Assembly: GCA_964252035.1 (NCBI GenBank)
Contig: OZ176203.1
Reading direction: 5' to 3' (one strand)
Length of the DNA: 64,000 bases
Source of the DNA: Podarcis erhardii
Taxonomy: Eukaryota
A program made the position numbers and the translations under genes. The notes under the pieces were generated by a model. It worked only from the letters and a program-made list of their open reading frames with translations, was not told the DNA's origin and searched no databases. Positions within the stretch are counted from its first letter, which is position 1. Every line of letters begins with the position of its first letter. This document shows positions 49,796 through 63,759 of this stretch, piece after piece.

Positions 49796-49882
49796 AGGCT
49801 ACAGTCCAATTTACTTATCTGCCTTGTACCTTATACAGAATGGGCCTTACTTCTGAGTAAATCCAAGCCTAAGATTACAGTC
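49796..49882. repeat. ~90-bp palindromic interspersed repeat copy (decayed)
   Basis: GGCTACAGTCC...AATGGGCCTTACTTCTGAGTAAAT...TAAGATTACAGT. Confidence 0.5.
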
Positions 49883-51425
49883 ATAAACATGCATCCCAGT
49901 AAGTTCTATCAGAATTCTCTTATTCTATTTTGGTTTAAAAGCACAGGGTTTTTAAGGCTTAATTTTACAATTTGCCAAGTAATTCAGATAATCCTCAAAT
50001 ATTTTAAGGTGGAGTTTTCCATATGGCAAGACCCTCAGATATACAGTCCTGGCACAGCTGCAGGAACCATTGTGTCCACTTGGATTTTTTAGAAGTTGGC
50101 AGGCAAAATAACGTTCCCTTAAGCACTTTCTGCACTAACTTTGTCCTCTCACTCTCAAAAGCATTCACTAAGATTTAGACCCAACAACATGTGTAAGGCT
50201 AAATATCTTGTGCCCCAATTAAATCAAGTTACCGTACGTCAACTAGATTAATGTTTCTATTTGCTTCTTAAAATTATTGCATTTATGAATCACTTCCTGT
50301 GAAGCATCTCATAGTGATCCCCCCCCCCCAATTCCCTTATAGTCTGAAATGCTTAACCACTTTCCATTATGGCATTGCATTTGCCCATGATGAATGGAAC
50401 ACCATATGCATTATCTTGCCTTTTACTTTTTACAAGTTTAAAGACAGAGGACAGATGTGAGGAAATGCATCCCTACCACAAGATCCCCTTCCCTGCTATA
50501 GTCTGAGTGGTAACAAAGGCATGCCTTTCCAAAGTTAGGTTAGTGACCTGGCATGACAGAAGTGATAATGCCAAAGTTCCACATTAAAAGGAGGGGAATT
50601 TTGAGAGGCATTGGTGCTGCTGTTTGTCTGTGGGTGGGTGGAAAAACACCAGGGACTACCTATGTGCTTTCTGTTGAAGTTCGGAGTGCGCAAGCTCATT
50701 GATTTTACTGGGCTTGCATGTTGATAATTGTGCATTGGTTTTGACCATTAAGTATCCTATATCTTACTTAGGATGGGTTCCCATGTTACATATTTAGGTC
50801 CTGATTCATAGCTTTGTTGTGCTGCATAAGATGTCTCTGTGCTGGTACACTTGTAGACCCAGCAAATATCAGTCATGTGTGGATTCTAGGGATCACAGAG
50901 TTGTGTAGCAGTAATGCTGCTGTGGCTCGGATAATTCATTTATAGCTCTTGCAGGAAATGCAGATCATAGCACCTTATTTTATCCAGCTAGGAATTGAGA
51001 AGCTCTGGTTCTGTGGTGGCAGATTTAGCTCTTAGGTATGCTAGGAGTAAGATGTATGGCAGCATGGAAAAATCGTTTTACTTACATTGGTATGTTTCTC
51101 TCTTTTTATGTCCAGTAAAAGTAACTATACTTGTCTGAAATAACTTTTTGCATAATGTGCGTCTCTATTTAAAGAATTCATAATGCATCTGTAATAGGTA
51201 TGTGCAAAAAACGTAGTGTGTGCCCCTTAATTTTAGGTACTGTACAATGGTATTAAGTAGCAATTCTATTAAAAATATTTGGAATAACTGACTAAACAAA
51301 TAAACTATCCAGTAAATATAATTTATCAAAACTTACCTGAGCTAGACCTTCCCTAGCCCAGATGTAGTTGTGTTGTTTTCATTAGGGATGTATTAGATAT
51401 GAGAAAGTTACTCTAGTAGCCCATA

Positions 51426-51515
51426 GGATTCAATCCTAAAGATGTTTATTAAGAATTAAGATACACTGGACTTAGTAAGAATTACTTCTGAGTAAGCACA
51501 CATTCAGTTGGTGTG
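51426..51515. repeat. ~90-bp palindromic interspersed repeat copy (decayed)
   Basis: GGATTCAATCCTAAAGATGTTTATTAAGAATTAAG...TTACTTCTGAGTAAGC. Confidence 0.55.
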
Positions 51516-52354
51516 CTAAAATAACTGTATTACTAGTATTCACTGCAAGTGAAATGGAATCCATGCTGATGATCCTTTTAAAATGCCAGTTATTTGCTGT
51601 ACTGTATATTTTATGATCTTTTCTCCAGTGGGAAATACAACAATAATTCAGTGTGTTTCTGGGATCTTTTATTGCCAGATTACATTTTGTACAGTGACAA
51701 TTATTCTGTATTCCTAATGCCAGTCTCAGTAGCCCCAGGCAAGTGCTAGTCACATATTAAGTTTGACAAGCAAGTTGTGTTGCTTTTAATTTCCTCTGGT
51801 TTTCATGTCATTTTTCCTGAACTGTAATAAGGACAAATTCATCTCAGGATATGTAGCTCTTTGATATGGGGCTATCATACTTTGAAGATGCCTACTAAAG
51901 AAGGGGAAAAGAACATTCAATGGGCATTGGTTGTCACTGTGTTTTTAAAACAAAAGCAGTTTAAAGCTGTGTTTCCACTGGCTTCAAACACAGCCAGGAT
52001 TTCAGTTCTAGCATAGATATGTTTATAGCTCCACTTTAGAACACTGTTTGAGTTTTAAAGATATTATAGTAGTCTGGCTGTTTATAACAGTCCCCATTGT
52101 CTATCACTTATACTTTAGCTGAGTTTTTCAGAAGCTCTTGCACTGCCTGGAAAATCCATTTTTTAAAAATTTCTTAAGGATGCAGAAAACACATTATGTT
52201 CTAGTGAACACACAAAAAAAATATTGGTTTAGACGTGGGTTCAATGGGCTTGACAAACTGCACAATTGCTGTATAGTGGTGATTTTTTCAGAGGAATTAT
52301 TCAGTATAGCTAATACCAAACACAACAGTTGTAAATTGATGCTCAATTAAGACA

Positions 52355-52475
52355 TGAGGGGTGAAGTCAAAAGCTTCACATAAGAAATGAGTTTTTAAGG
52401 AAGGTTTACAGAGATGGCACAACATGGGTATTCTGGGAGGATAGTGCAGGTGAGAGGTGCATCAAGGATGAATTC
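52355..52475 (-). mobile_element. L2 3' end relic
   Basis: AAAAGCTTCACATAAGAAATGAGTTTTTAAGG...GGGAGG resembles the reverse complement of the L2 terminus. Confidence 0.35.
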
Positions 52476-53774
52476 ATTTTTAATAGTCCTACATTTATCA
52501 TCTTACTTTCCAATATTGCTGCTTATATTTGGAATCCAAGATGATTTACCTTGGGAATGGTTACTGTATAGGTGTCTCCAGCAGCTTAGTGCTTTTTCAT
52601 TTTCTGAATCCTCCAAAAACCCATCATGATTCTATCAACATTTCCTCAGATTTGTTCCCATTTTCCTTTCAGGTCTCCCCATCCACTTGTACATAAACAA
52701 TGAACTTTCTGCTGCTTTTGAGATTCCCTTTCTGTGTAGCATTCCTGTGAAGACATCCTTCTTAATGAGCAAGAGACAGGAAGCCGTTGACTCCTTAGAT
52801 TCTAGTTCTGAATATACTTGCTGTTCTCTCTTTCTTTGGAATGCTCAGATCTGCTTGCCTGGAGGTTCTTGGTGGTCTCTACCATAGAAAGGTAGAGCAG
52901 ACCTGTCTTCTTTCTCACATGGGCTGTAATGTAGGCTCTACCCTGAATTTCTCTCTCTCTCTACTTCCTTTGAACATGGTGAATGTGAGGACTCGTAGTT
53001 TGAAAGCATCCCCACATGATGATCTGTCTATGTGTGCAAAGCTACCACATTGAAGAGGACTACACCACATGCCTGTTTTCTGTGTTTTGACTCTTTACCC
53101 TTTCCATTTTTTGAGTCTATAGGCCATCTGCTTGTAATTTCTACCACTTGTGCCTTCAAATAGTGATGTGTTTTTCCTTCTGCATCCTTTTCTGTTTATT
53201 ATTAGGTGATGTAGCTTTCAGGAGTGGTTTATCAGTGTTTGTGTGTTGTGTATTAGAAGGTACACATGCAGTTAACTGTGTAATAATAAATCTGGAGTGG
53301 CTTGTGTGCAGTTTGGTTTTGCTCCACTTTCGGCCATCTTTCTTGCACTTAAATTTCAGTGGTATGTGTGCCAGTTTTAAGTGGTAAGTGGGTCTTCTAC
53401 TTTGACTCCTCATGATTCCTGTCTGTAACTTTGGCCAAAAATCTCTAAACTGATTACATGTTGAACAGGCATTGTAAAATGAGTCAGTTCCTGTTCTTTT
53501 GGCTGGAGCTTCGTTGGGAGTTCTCAAAAATGGTATTTCAGAATGTGGATGTGGTCAGCCGAGTCACTTTCAAAGCATCTTAAAGGAAACCAACATCAAC
53601 TGTGAAAAGTGAACTTTGTAACGGTACTGGTATACTCTAGAATGCCTTCTCAATCACAAGGTGCACTGCAAGTCTGTCTTGCTTGGGCTAAGCCTTCCAT
53701 AGTATGAAACAGGTTGCTTCTCAGTCCTAATCATTTCAAAGTTGTCGGCAAAAACAGATAAGAATAAGATAACA

Positions 53775-53840
53775 GCCAATGTGGTGTAGTGGTTAAAATG
53801 TTGGACTAGGAGCAGGGAGACAAGGGTTCAAATCCCCTAA
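53775..53840 (+). mobile_element. Squam3-like SINE head
   Basis: GCCAATGTGGTGTAGTGGTTAAAATGTTGGACTAGG...GGTTCAAATCCC with A and B boxes; 3' truncated. Confidence 0.75.
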
Positions 53841-56800
53841 TCAGGGCTGCCAGGCATCCCCATTTGGCTCACCATGCCATTCTTGCCAAACCACAGCCAC
53901 CTGCCCAGACCCTTTTACAGTAGGGGTTGGATTGTATGTACACCTGCAGAAGGTACATTTCCTGCACATAACTAAGAAGTTTTTTCTAGTTCCCGGAAAG
54001 GAGTCTGTCTACTAAGTGAAAGCAAAGAATTAGATGTCAAAGCATACAGCAAATGTACAAGTCCATTCCTGTAAGAATGTAAACAGATGTACATTACTCA
54101 TGAAGAAGTAAAACTTCCTAAGCAGATGGCAGGAAGTAGTTATGATGGCAAAGTTCTTTCTTGGTAAAGTGAATGCTTAGATCCACCAGTGGAAACTACT
54201 GCACTCATTCATTGAAGAAAACATGTTCAAATGTAAGTGGAGGTGCCAGCAACAATGACCAAAATGTGATCCCTCAAAACAAGTTCTTATTTGTCCTTTC
54301 TGGGCTAGCTCTAGTACATTTGAAGAGCCCATTTAATTGCAGCACAGGAGAAGTAGAAGATTTCCTGCATACTGTGAAGTAGTCTCCCTTCAAAGGGAGC
54401 ACAAGACACCTGAACAAAAACCACCAGATTCCATAGAGAGAGAAGTTCCTGTAGCAGGTAAAGCCACTGTACACTGAGCAGAAACAGTTTTGTGCTGCAG
54501 CTACCAAAACTTACACTAGCTGTGGAGATTGCAGAAGCAGAAGCCATTTGGGTCCTTCTGACCACAGCAGTTCCTTCTCTCCCTTGTCTCTTCCTTTTGT
54601 GAGCTATCTTTATAGGGAGGCTGAGATGTAGTGCTGTCTTCTAATGCCAAGGTTAGAGAGGTGTCCCAGATCCTAACACTAATCTGTGCGCTCACCTGCC
54701 AAAAGATGGCTACTGGTGGATTTGAAGGCAGAGTAAGTTAAGGAGGCCCAGTTTGAAAAGTTTTGAGTACACTGATAATATCCCTTTAGACAAAGCATGC
54801 TAAGTTTTACTACAGTTTTACATAAGAGGAATCCAGAGTGCTTTGATTTCCAATATAATCTATGCTGGTTGCTATAGCCCACTCTCTTGCAGGCTGCTAT
54901 TAGAGTGTGAACTGCTCTTGTGTTCCTATTGGTCAGTGTGTTTGTTAGTGGAGAGCTCGGGAAAATACTAATTCCACACATTGATTCTAACCTCTTTATT
55001 ACTGCAACTGTGCTGCTGAGCTTGGCTTGAGGAAAGGTTGAAATTGGGACATCACCATTGGCTATGAATTCATGTTCTCAAGCCTCTTTGATGCTGCAGC
55101 CAACTGTCAACTCAATGTTTTTGCTTCCCCCCTTTATCTCCTTCTACCTTTTATTATTCCTATTCTTGGGTTAGTCTTCTTCCTTCTGCTTCATTCACTT
55201 CAAATGCCATTTTCCCAGTAATTTCTTTGTAGCTGTTTTCTTAATCACTGTTTTTTCAGTCCTTGCAATGCTCCATCTCAAGGGATCTTCTTCCCTCCTC
55301 CATCCCCATACTGTGTGGGCTTGCTGAAATTTCTTACACCTACCAGGTCATCTTTCAGCAAATACTGTTTCTACCATCTTTGAAAATTATTCTTAACAGT
55401 GTTAGGAAAATTTCACTGCTCGTGCCAAAAGCCTCAACATTGTCTTCTAAATTCAACCCACATATTGAACTTATCCCGTGATACATTCTGCCTCTGTCAA
55501 TATATCTACACCTTTCCACATGCCCCTCCCCCATGTGTTCTGCTTATGTGGTGAATCTATTTGAGCTTTCTGTCCTCCATTGTTCCTGTCTTCAGGATTT
55601 CTCATTGGCTTGAGCTCCTTTTGTTTTCTATGACTATAGAGAGCAAGCATACAGATTGTAATGGCTATTGGAAATGTTATTCTCCTGTTTCTGCATCCCC
55701 ATATAATTACATGAATTATTATTTTTACCTTTCATCAATAATTTCCTAGCCATAGAATAATGAGAGGTTAATGGGAATAAGTCTAAACTTTTTTACCATC
55801 CGCCTGAGAGGGAAACATTCAATAGGCAGCGAGTGTTTTGTATATTTCAATAAAATACAAAATGTGCATGACTTTTCATCATTTGAGTTTGCTTTGCTTA
55901 GTGGCTGCTAATTTGGGGGCTTGGCATTAATATTGCCTTGCTACTGTACACTACTTCTTTACTATATCTCTGGAGACTTTATTGATCGTTTCATGGTAGC
56001 AGCCACCAAAATTGATACAGACTCAGTGCTGTGCAGGATGCAGTTGCTGGTCATCTTTAGAAATGAAGTTAGCCCTTTTCAGATAACAAATTGAGGATAT
56101 CCATTCACATAGATGGAAGGGAGTGGGATCACAAGTTTTGTCCCTGACCCTGTTCATTCAAGATCATTATCATTTATTTATATGCTGTCTTTCCACAGTA
56201 AACCATGCTCAAGGTGTCTCACAGCATCAAAATGTTTCGCATAAGTCAGTAGCTTTTATAGTACATAAAAATCAAATAGTCATATAAGCAATGAACTAAT
56301 GAAAACATTTCATATTAACAAATATACAATAAAATCAAACAATTCAAGAGTAACCCAGATTAGCAGCAAAAACAAACCAATCTTTTGCTGACTCTTCTTT
56401 CATGAGGCTATCTCTTACGGCTTTGATTGGTTACTGTTTATGAAAATTAATAAAAAATATTTAGAAAAACCAGAAGGAAATCCAAAATGAAAACTTGCCC
56501 TAGCAAGAATTCTAGAGCAGTAGCCCACCCCAATGGTCTGTAGATATCATGAGCAACAGAAGCAGACCTTGTAACTGGGGGCAGTCAAAGCCCCACGTGG
56601 AGATGGGCCAGAGGAGCAAGGAGCCAGTCTTGCAGGACTCACAGTGAGGTATCTCCTATGCATGTACCAGAATGCATGTATGATCTCCAGATGAATGGGA
56701 ATGCTGAAAAACAGAATCTAATCAGAACTTGAACAAATGTGCATAGGTCATGATTGGAGCCTACCACCATTATGCTGCTCTCAGCATTCTCTTTCCACCT

Positions 56801-57404
56801 GTGTATGATCATATCCCTAGCTTGTTGTTAGAAAAGGGCTCCTGTATCACACTAATGAACAGCTTTTATTGACCCCCCTCCTGCTGGAAAACCTAAACAG
56901 TTAAAAACCCTCAGGTCTCTGGTTCATCCTTGTATTTATTTGACTCTAGTTTCATTAATCATAGCTGGAAACCAGTCTCTAGTAATACACAAAGAAGGTC
57001 TCCTAGGCAAGCTTTGAGATAAAACTATCTACCTCAAACCTGCACTTTTCCCACAGTTGCATCAAATTTACAGATTTCCTTTTAGCAGTGAGAGGCATTT
57101 AGATATTGATATTGCTGTATACTCTAGTCAGCTTTTAAAATGCCTGCAGCAAATGAGGATTACCTTGTCAATATATGTATTCTGTTGTCATTGGAAAATT
57201 GATAGGCTGAGAGCTAAATATTTATTTAGGTAACCTTAACAAGATTAGAATATTTATCAACAATCTTCTTAAAAACTGACAGTCTTTATTTATCTAGCTT
57301 ACAAAATTTTTGGAACCTGTCGCTTACTGCCTTTATGCATTGGGGTTATTAAGAAATAAACTATTACACAACTTTCCAAAGACATCTGAAGGCTGTCCTG
57401 TATC

Positions 57405-57525
57405 AGGAAGTTTTTTTAATGTATGATGTTTTGCTGTGTTATGTTGGAAACTGCCCAGAGCGGCTGGGGCAACCCAGTCAGATGAGTGGGGTATAAGTAA
57501 TAAATTATTATATTACTATTATTCT
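57405..57525 (+). mobile_element. L2 3' tail relic
   Basis: TGGAAACTGCCCAGAGCGGCTGGGGCAACCCAGTCAGATG.GTGGGGTATAAGTAATAA followed by (TAT)n. Confidence 0.6.
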
Positions 57526-58399
57526 GAACCCAGGAAGCAGAATGCTAAAGGGAGAAAGGCAGGTGAGGTTTAAGAGGAGGGTAGGGAAGTGGAGTTTTTG
57601 ATGATACCATGTCTGCTAAATTCTGCAAGGGGGAAAATTTAGCTTACAGTAAACTGAAAGCTAAGGAGCATCGCAAGGAAATTTCTCAAGTTTTTAGAAG
57701 TGAGAAGTGGACTGTACTCCCAAGATGCTTTAGGAATTCTCAAAGTACTCCCTGATCTGTTGTAATGATAAATTACTGTGCTTGCTAATGTTATTAAACT
57801 GGGTGCATCTTGGAATGATCCTGACTCTGAGATGGCTTCTAGGAGGATTGTGGTTGGTTGCTTAACCTTTTCAAGCTACCCATCAATTGCAAGTATTGGA
57901 TAAATCTGTGGGAATGTTAGCTCCTCTCCCACAAGGAATTTTGATGTGACTCTAAGATCCTGTGAAGGAAACGTTGCCCTGGTTGGTAAGTTTGGCAGAG
58001 ATGTTAAAGGTTTGCCTGGGGCTCATAAAGTCATTGGCAATTGCGATTTGGAGTTACTGCTGCTCAACCATGTTCTCACACTGGACCACACCTTTATGTC
58101 ATCACTCCTGTTTTATTTACTATGTTTTATTTACTGTTGTAATCTTTTCTGGAGTCAGCACCTTTCTCTTATCTATCAAGAAGCTTTCACCAGTTTAAAA
58201 AGCAAGATTTTCTTTTTCTTTTTTTGGCAGAATACTAGATTAAGTTCCTCAGTGACATTCCTATCTATTCAGCTCACAGAGTTTTAAATGAACCCATAGT
58301 TTCAGAGGATCAAGCATATAATGCCCTTACTTGGCTTATCTTTGCATGTTAGCAATGTACTCTGGGTGGAGGAGCAGTAGTAAAATGATGAATGACTTG

Positions 58400-58402
<3 letters not shown>

Positions 58403-58438
<36 letters not shown>
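58403..58438. repeat. (CT)18 microsatellite
   Basis: Read directly. Confidence 0.95.
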
Positions 58439-58440
<2 letters not shown>

Positions 58441-61400
58441 TTCTTTACCATATAACACAGAAAGTTGCACACCTACTCCAAGAGAAGATACCTGTGTCCC
58501 AGATGTGGGGAGCAGGGGTACCAACTTGGATAGCCCCATCCCGCATAAGCACAAGACACAGCACATGCATACCATTGGAATGGCAATGCCCCTCAACTTG
58601 GGGGTGGTGGTGGTGAAGGGACCTTGGTCCCTAGAAGTTGGCACCTATAGTGGGGACAGTTCACACAAATGTCCATTCTGATTAAGGTTGGCTGCATACA
58701 TTACAGCCTGGAGGAGGATGGAGGAACAGGGCATATGAGCACCTTCTGTTTCTTGCATTTTCAGCGGAAATACAATGTGCAGAAGAACTATGGAGAGACA
58801 TGGGATGTAAGCCATTTTTTTGTAAACAGCTTTGTGCTTTTTTTGTTCTACAATCAAGCAGTATATAAATATTATGAAATTATATCTTACCTGATAGGCT
58901 GTGGTACTGAAGTCTTGAAAATCTTGTCTATGGAATGGACTCATAAGATGTAGGGTGATTTTTATGAAATTGGTCATCTTTCAGAAATGCTCAGTGCCTC
59001 GAGCTCTTACAGTCTAATGCATACTTTCCAAACTAGGCAAGCAGCTGCTTCTGGTACATGCTTTATATATTTTCAGCCACCCATAGCCAATGAGCTGCAA
59101 GGATGCGTTGGAAAAATAAGTATCCAAATTTGCCGCCTTCATCTTTTCTGCAGCTCTCACAGCAACATACCTGGCTCTTAGAGAGCCTTATAAATGTAGT
59201 GCTGATATCTAGCATTAAAGCAGCAATGTCACACATATATTAATAGAAAATGGAAATACATTGAGACAGAAAGTTTTGTCTTTCCCTAGACTGTGGCCCA
59301 TGGATTTTCAGGATATTGGATATATTGGGGGTAGGAAGTGGTGAGCCACAGCATGTTGTACCACATCTATATATTATATATTGTATTTACAGTGTTCAAC
59401 TGATGTAATAGGTCATATTGGTTAAGGCTGCTGCTGTTTGTCCACTACTGCCAGACAAAATGAGTTTTCATCAACAGAAAAAAAGTAGCATGCTGCACGG
59501 TCTTGACGTATTTGTGATCTGTAGTGGAGCTGGAAGAAGCCCAGATACCTGATGCTCAGGAATTTGATGCCATGTTGAGTTCTCTGTAAAGTTAATTCCT
59601 TAAAATTTTATGTTGGTGCCTAAGGAATCTGAAATATTTTGTCAAGCTTGCTTGCAAGTATCGTTTACAAACCTCCAGGGAACCTCCTATTGATAACCAA
59701 GGATAAAGGTAGCTACTTAATTACGTTTATCAGCAATTAAAACTAGTTTGAGTCTGTCTTTATGGGCATACCAGTGGTTTTGCCTTTGGGAACTCGCTCT
59801 AGAGCATTGTGCCAGCCACCCACCTCTTCAGGCCTGCTCATACTAGTATTATCTGGCAGAGTGATTAAAAGTGCCTTGGACAGGAATTTCCCTGGCTACA
59901 TTTAGTTCAATCTGAAACTTATTTTATGGAGCACTTTATTAATTAGTGTGAGTCAAGTGACCATCAGCTGTTAGGAGTGTGTATGACCAATACAGTCACA
60001 GGGTTTCAGCTATTCAAGAGCTGGAATCATTACAAAAATCATAGATCCTTTCTTAAGGTATGCAGGCTCTTAGTTCAGTATGTAACAGTAGCAAATCAAG
60101 TTTGCAAGAATGTGCTTTAATTAGGCACCCAGGTTTCAACTGGTAGCTCACATCTGTGATAACACAAAGTTGTACAAAAATGTCGTCTTGTTTTGGAAGG
60201 GGGGGGGGAGCTACATCTATGATTCATGCAATCTGCACCCTCCTACTGGTCTAGATGAGTGTTGTATTGTGCATTTTCCACACAGTAATCTGTTTAGCTG
60301 AATTCCTGAACTAAGAAACAAAATTTCCTAAATATTGCATAATGCAAGTATAAAAGGAGTTAATGCTTCATGTGTGCTTCTTCATCTAAGTAACATACCC
60401 TTACTCTTGCCAAGTGCATGTAGAGGAACAAGGTGTGGAGTTTGCACATGTGCCTGGCTGTGCACAATGAAAACAAAGAGTGGGTGGGTTCATGTCCCCC
60501 TCCCTCAGCTGCAGGGTAAGCACGTAGCTGCAATACCTGGCGTGGGAAGGGAGAAACCTCCATGTCCCCAGTCGGCAGCAGGACCCCAGGGTTTACTGGC
60601 CACTGTGGATGTTGCAGCCTTCCATTTATAAGCTCCCCCGTCAACATTACCTTCTTCCTTACAACAATAAAATCATTACTGAAGCCAAGATGACGAATAA
60701 ACAAAGAATAGAGAGGTGGGCAGAATCTCAGAGTTTTGATACATTTCTTGCCTTTAGCGTATCTCTGGTACATTGTGGATCCAGCTGTCTTTTAGGGAAG
60801 AGAAAAAAGCCACAGTTTATTTGTATATATACCTTTTTTATGTTTGCAAAACCTAATATTTACCCTTTGCTTCACACACTTGAGGCTGAATTACAAATAA
60901 AATCTGGGTGGCAGCTTGTTTGAAATCTGGCAGGTGGCAACCATATACTCTTGCTTAGCTGACCTACGTAATGAAAGCTTGTGTAATGTAATGGCTAAGG
61001 GAACAGCTAGATATGATGCTGGGAGTGCAGTAATAACCAGGGTCATATCTAGTTGGGACTAGAGGGTAATGGGGGTGCTAATCATATCTTCCTAGGGGAG
61101 ATTTTATTTGGAAAACCCTTATGTGGCAAAACATACAAGTGCCCTTGGGACAAATAGCAGCTTGGGAAACGGTGGGGAATTAATGTGCCCCATTCACCCA
61201 GCACTGTAGTTCCCCTGGATGCTCTTCAACTTACTTTTTTTAAAAAACAGGTGACTTAATTATCATTTGCTCCAATACCACATTTAGCTCCAGATGTGAG
61301 CTGAGAGGTTCCCATTTCAAATGTTACCCCAGCCACAAACTCACTAACTGCCCTTGGGCTCACTGTTATTTTTGCCTCTGGTCCCAGTCTATATAATATG

Positions 61401-63402
61401 CAGGGTTGTCCACAGGGGTTGTTCACAGGGTTGTTGTAATGTATGTGAAGTTCTGTAAGACTTCTAAGGTGTTTGCCATTCATAGTGATTGCAAGCTTTG
61501 CTAGAGGTCCAAAGTATATAAGTACAGCTCATATACAAGCAGTGGCTTGTCCACTTCATAGTTTGGGGGGGGGGGGGAGCTTTGCTCATGCAATAGTGTT
61601 GCATAGAGAGCTGGCAGTGAGAAGTGGTAGGAATCTGGTGGGTTGGCAGACACTTCGGGTGCAACAGTTTTATTCATTCAAGAAGCCAGTACTGTAAAGT
61701 AGTTTTTGGAGCCATCATAATTACAATTAATTGCAGCAGATTGCCCTTCCAAATGAACTTTTTAATTCCAAAGTTTAAGTGTGTCTGTTTGCTGTATTTA
61801 CGTAAGGCAGTTCAAGCAGGAAACTGTGTTCTGCCTGTTTTTCTTTATGTGTGTGTACATAATTCATACATTTTAATTGTTTCCACCACCACCCCAGATT
61901 TATTAAAAAAAAAACACCTGATGTGTGCATCAGTCTAATGTACATTTGATTGATCAGTTTTAAGAACATTAAATCATACCAGGCAAACTTGTGCTTTGAT
62001 TCAGGCTAGAACAGGCCTGAGTGCGTTGGGATGTGACTCACAAGCCCTTGAGTCAGCTGCCTTTGTGTTGTTGCACAATAATGATGTTGTATTTTGCTTA
62101 ATATTTATTTGACCTTCTCTTGGGTGCAGTCTCCTTCTTCTGTTTGTTAATGAGACATCTTATTAGCTTAAAAAGGAGCCTATTAAGGGGTGCTCTGGAT
62201 TTGATCCCCCCCCCTCATTTAAGCTATGCACATCTTTTCCGACTTTGAATAGTGTTTTTCAGCTCTTGTTAGAATAGCAGCAGGAAATATTTGCTTGAAT
62301 CTCAACTATTTAGCCAGGTTTGAGGATTTTGTGTATCATGATGTAGTGAATCTTAAACCCTTGCTCTGTTAGGCCTGACCAGGCACACAGTCATGTTCAT
62401 TTATTACAATGTAGATTTATATACAGGAAAATGAGTACGTGTGGGGGGGGGGAGGAGTGTCTCTTAAAATAATTTTATTTGCTGACCTGTTTTTTATTCC
62501 ATTGGATGCTCTTATTGGTTCAACAATATGTATTACCCTACGGCTATAGCTTTACTAAGTAACTACTTAGTGAATCTGACTAGCTTCACTAAGTAACTCC
62601 TCAAATCTGACTAGTGCAAAGCATCGTAAAGCCATTGTGAGGACAAGCTGCTGGACTAGATGTTGGTAGGTTCTTCTTACGCAGAGATTAGACATTAAGG
62701 GTTTCAGAACAAACACCTTATGGGCACAATCCAGTCAAACTTAAGCACTTGCAAAACTCCCCATCTTAAACCAATGAATGAAACAGAGAATGAGTATCCA
62801 CTCTTTAGTTGTCTTGTTTTTAACTTAGCTGGTTCATCAGTTGCTAAAAGTTAGAACAGCAGCAACATCCATTATAAAAACAAATACTGCCACATTCAAT
62901 CTTATATTTATGAATCTGAAAATGTGGAAGTGGCAAATGATAAGAAAGAAATCTGGAAGATTAGAATTTGTTAGTTTGTGTAGGGAGTCCCCTTGGGTGA
63001 ATAATTGTAGGTTAGATTATAGGATGTAGATAATATTTCAAATCTCTTAAAATTATTACTGATTTTGAAAGCTTTCTACAACACAAGTAATTGCAAGTGC
63101 TAAATTGCATAACTTTATTTAATATCTTTTAAAAACTAAGTACGACCTGCCTTAGCAAGTGCTTGGAAATTACTTCAGGTGATGTGTACACAGTTGACTA
63201 CTATGCAGTATATTCAAGGAGTGGTTTGCTTAAAAAGAAATGTATCTTAATCTTAAAGTAGTTGCCCTCTTTCCCCCCTTCCCTTTCCATTGCCTTGTTT
63301 ATATTATATTGAGATTTTGGTCTAATATGGTGCCATGTTGAGATTACCCTTGAACAATTGTAAGAACAAGTACTAGGATTTGTATCTTGTGAAACAGGTA
63401 AC

Positions 63403-63404
<2 letters not shown>

Positions 63405-63444
<40 letters not shown>
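63405..63444. repeat. (AT)20 microsatellite
   Basis: Read directly. Confidence 0.95.
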
Positions 63445-63447
<3 letters not shown>

Positions 63448-63759
63448 TGGTGGGTTTCTGATGACATTTCCTTTCTATACATCGCTGAAACATGATAATT
63501 TGGTATAAGAACTATTTCTTACTATGACGTGTTACGGATTTCCTTATATGCAGGAAATGTTAAGGCTTCCAAACGTGCTTCCTAAAGGATCTAGTCAAAG
63601 TAACCTAACTTAACAAGCCTTATTGCAATGCCTTAGTGTGAGGGAATGTGCAATTCTTTAAAAATGTGTGGAGTGGTGGGTTTGAGGTATGTGTTTAGCT
63701 TTTGTTTCTTTTACCAAGATATAAAATCTAGATAATTACTTCTTATTCTTTTTCTACAG

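Noticed and set aside
11675-51345. Isolated perfect minus-strand donors (ACTTACCAG at 11675, ACTTACCTG near 51335) suggesting an antisense gene
   Set aside because: A few 9-mer matches are expected in 64 kb, and there are no paired acceptors or coding frames.
53775-53840. tRNA-like sequence with A and B boxes
   Set aside because: This is a SINE head: no cloverleaf or acceptor stem, and it matches the heads of other SINE copies in the window.
55150-55660. Possible decayed L1 ORF1 on the minus strand (IENKRSS..*EI)
   Set aside because: Similarity is limited to a few residues, too weak to call without an HMM search.
57946-58200. Possible APE-endonuclease remnant (GNVALVGKFG...VIG...LLLL)
   Set aside because: No intact GDFN motif; the resemblance could be chance.
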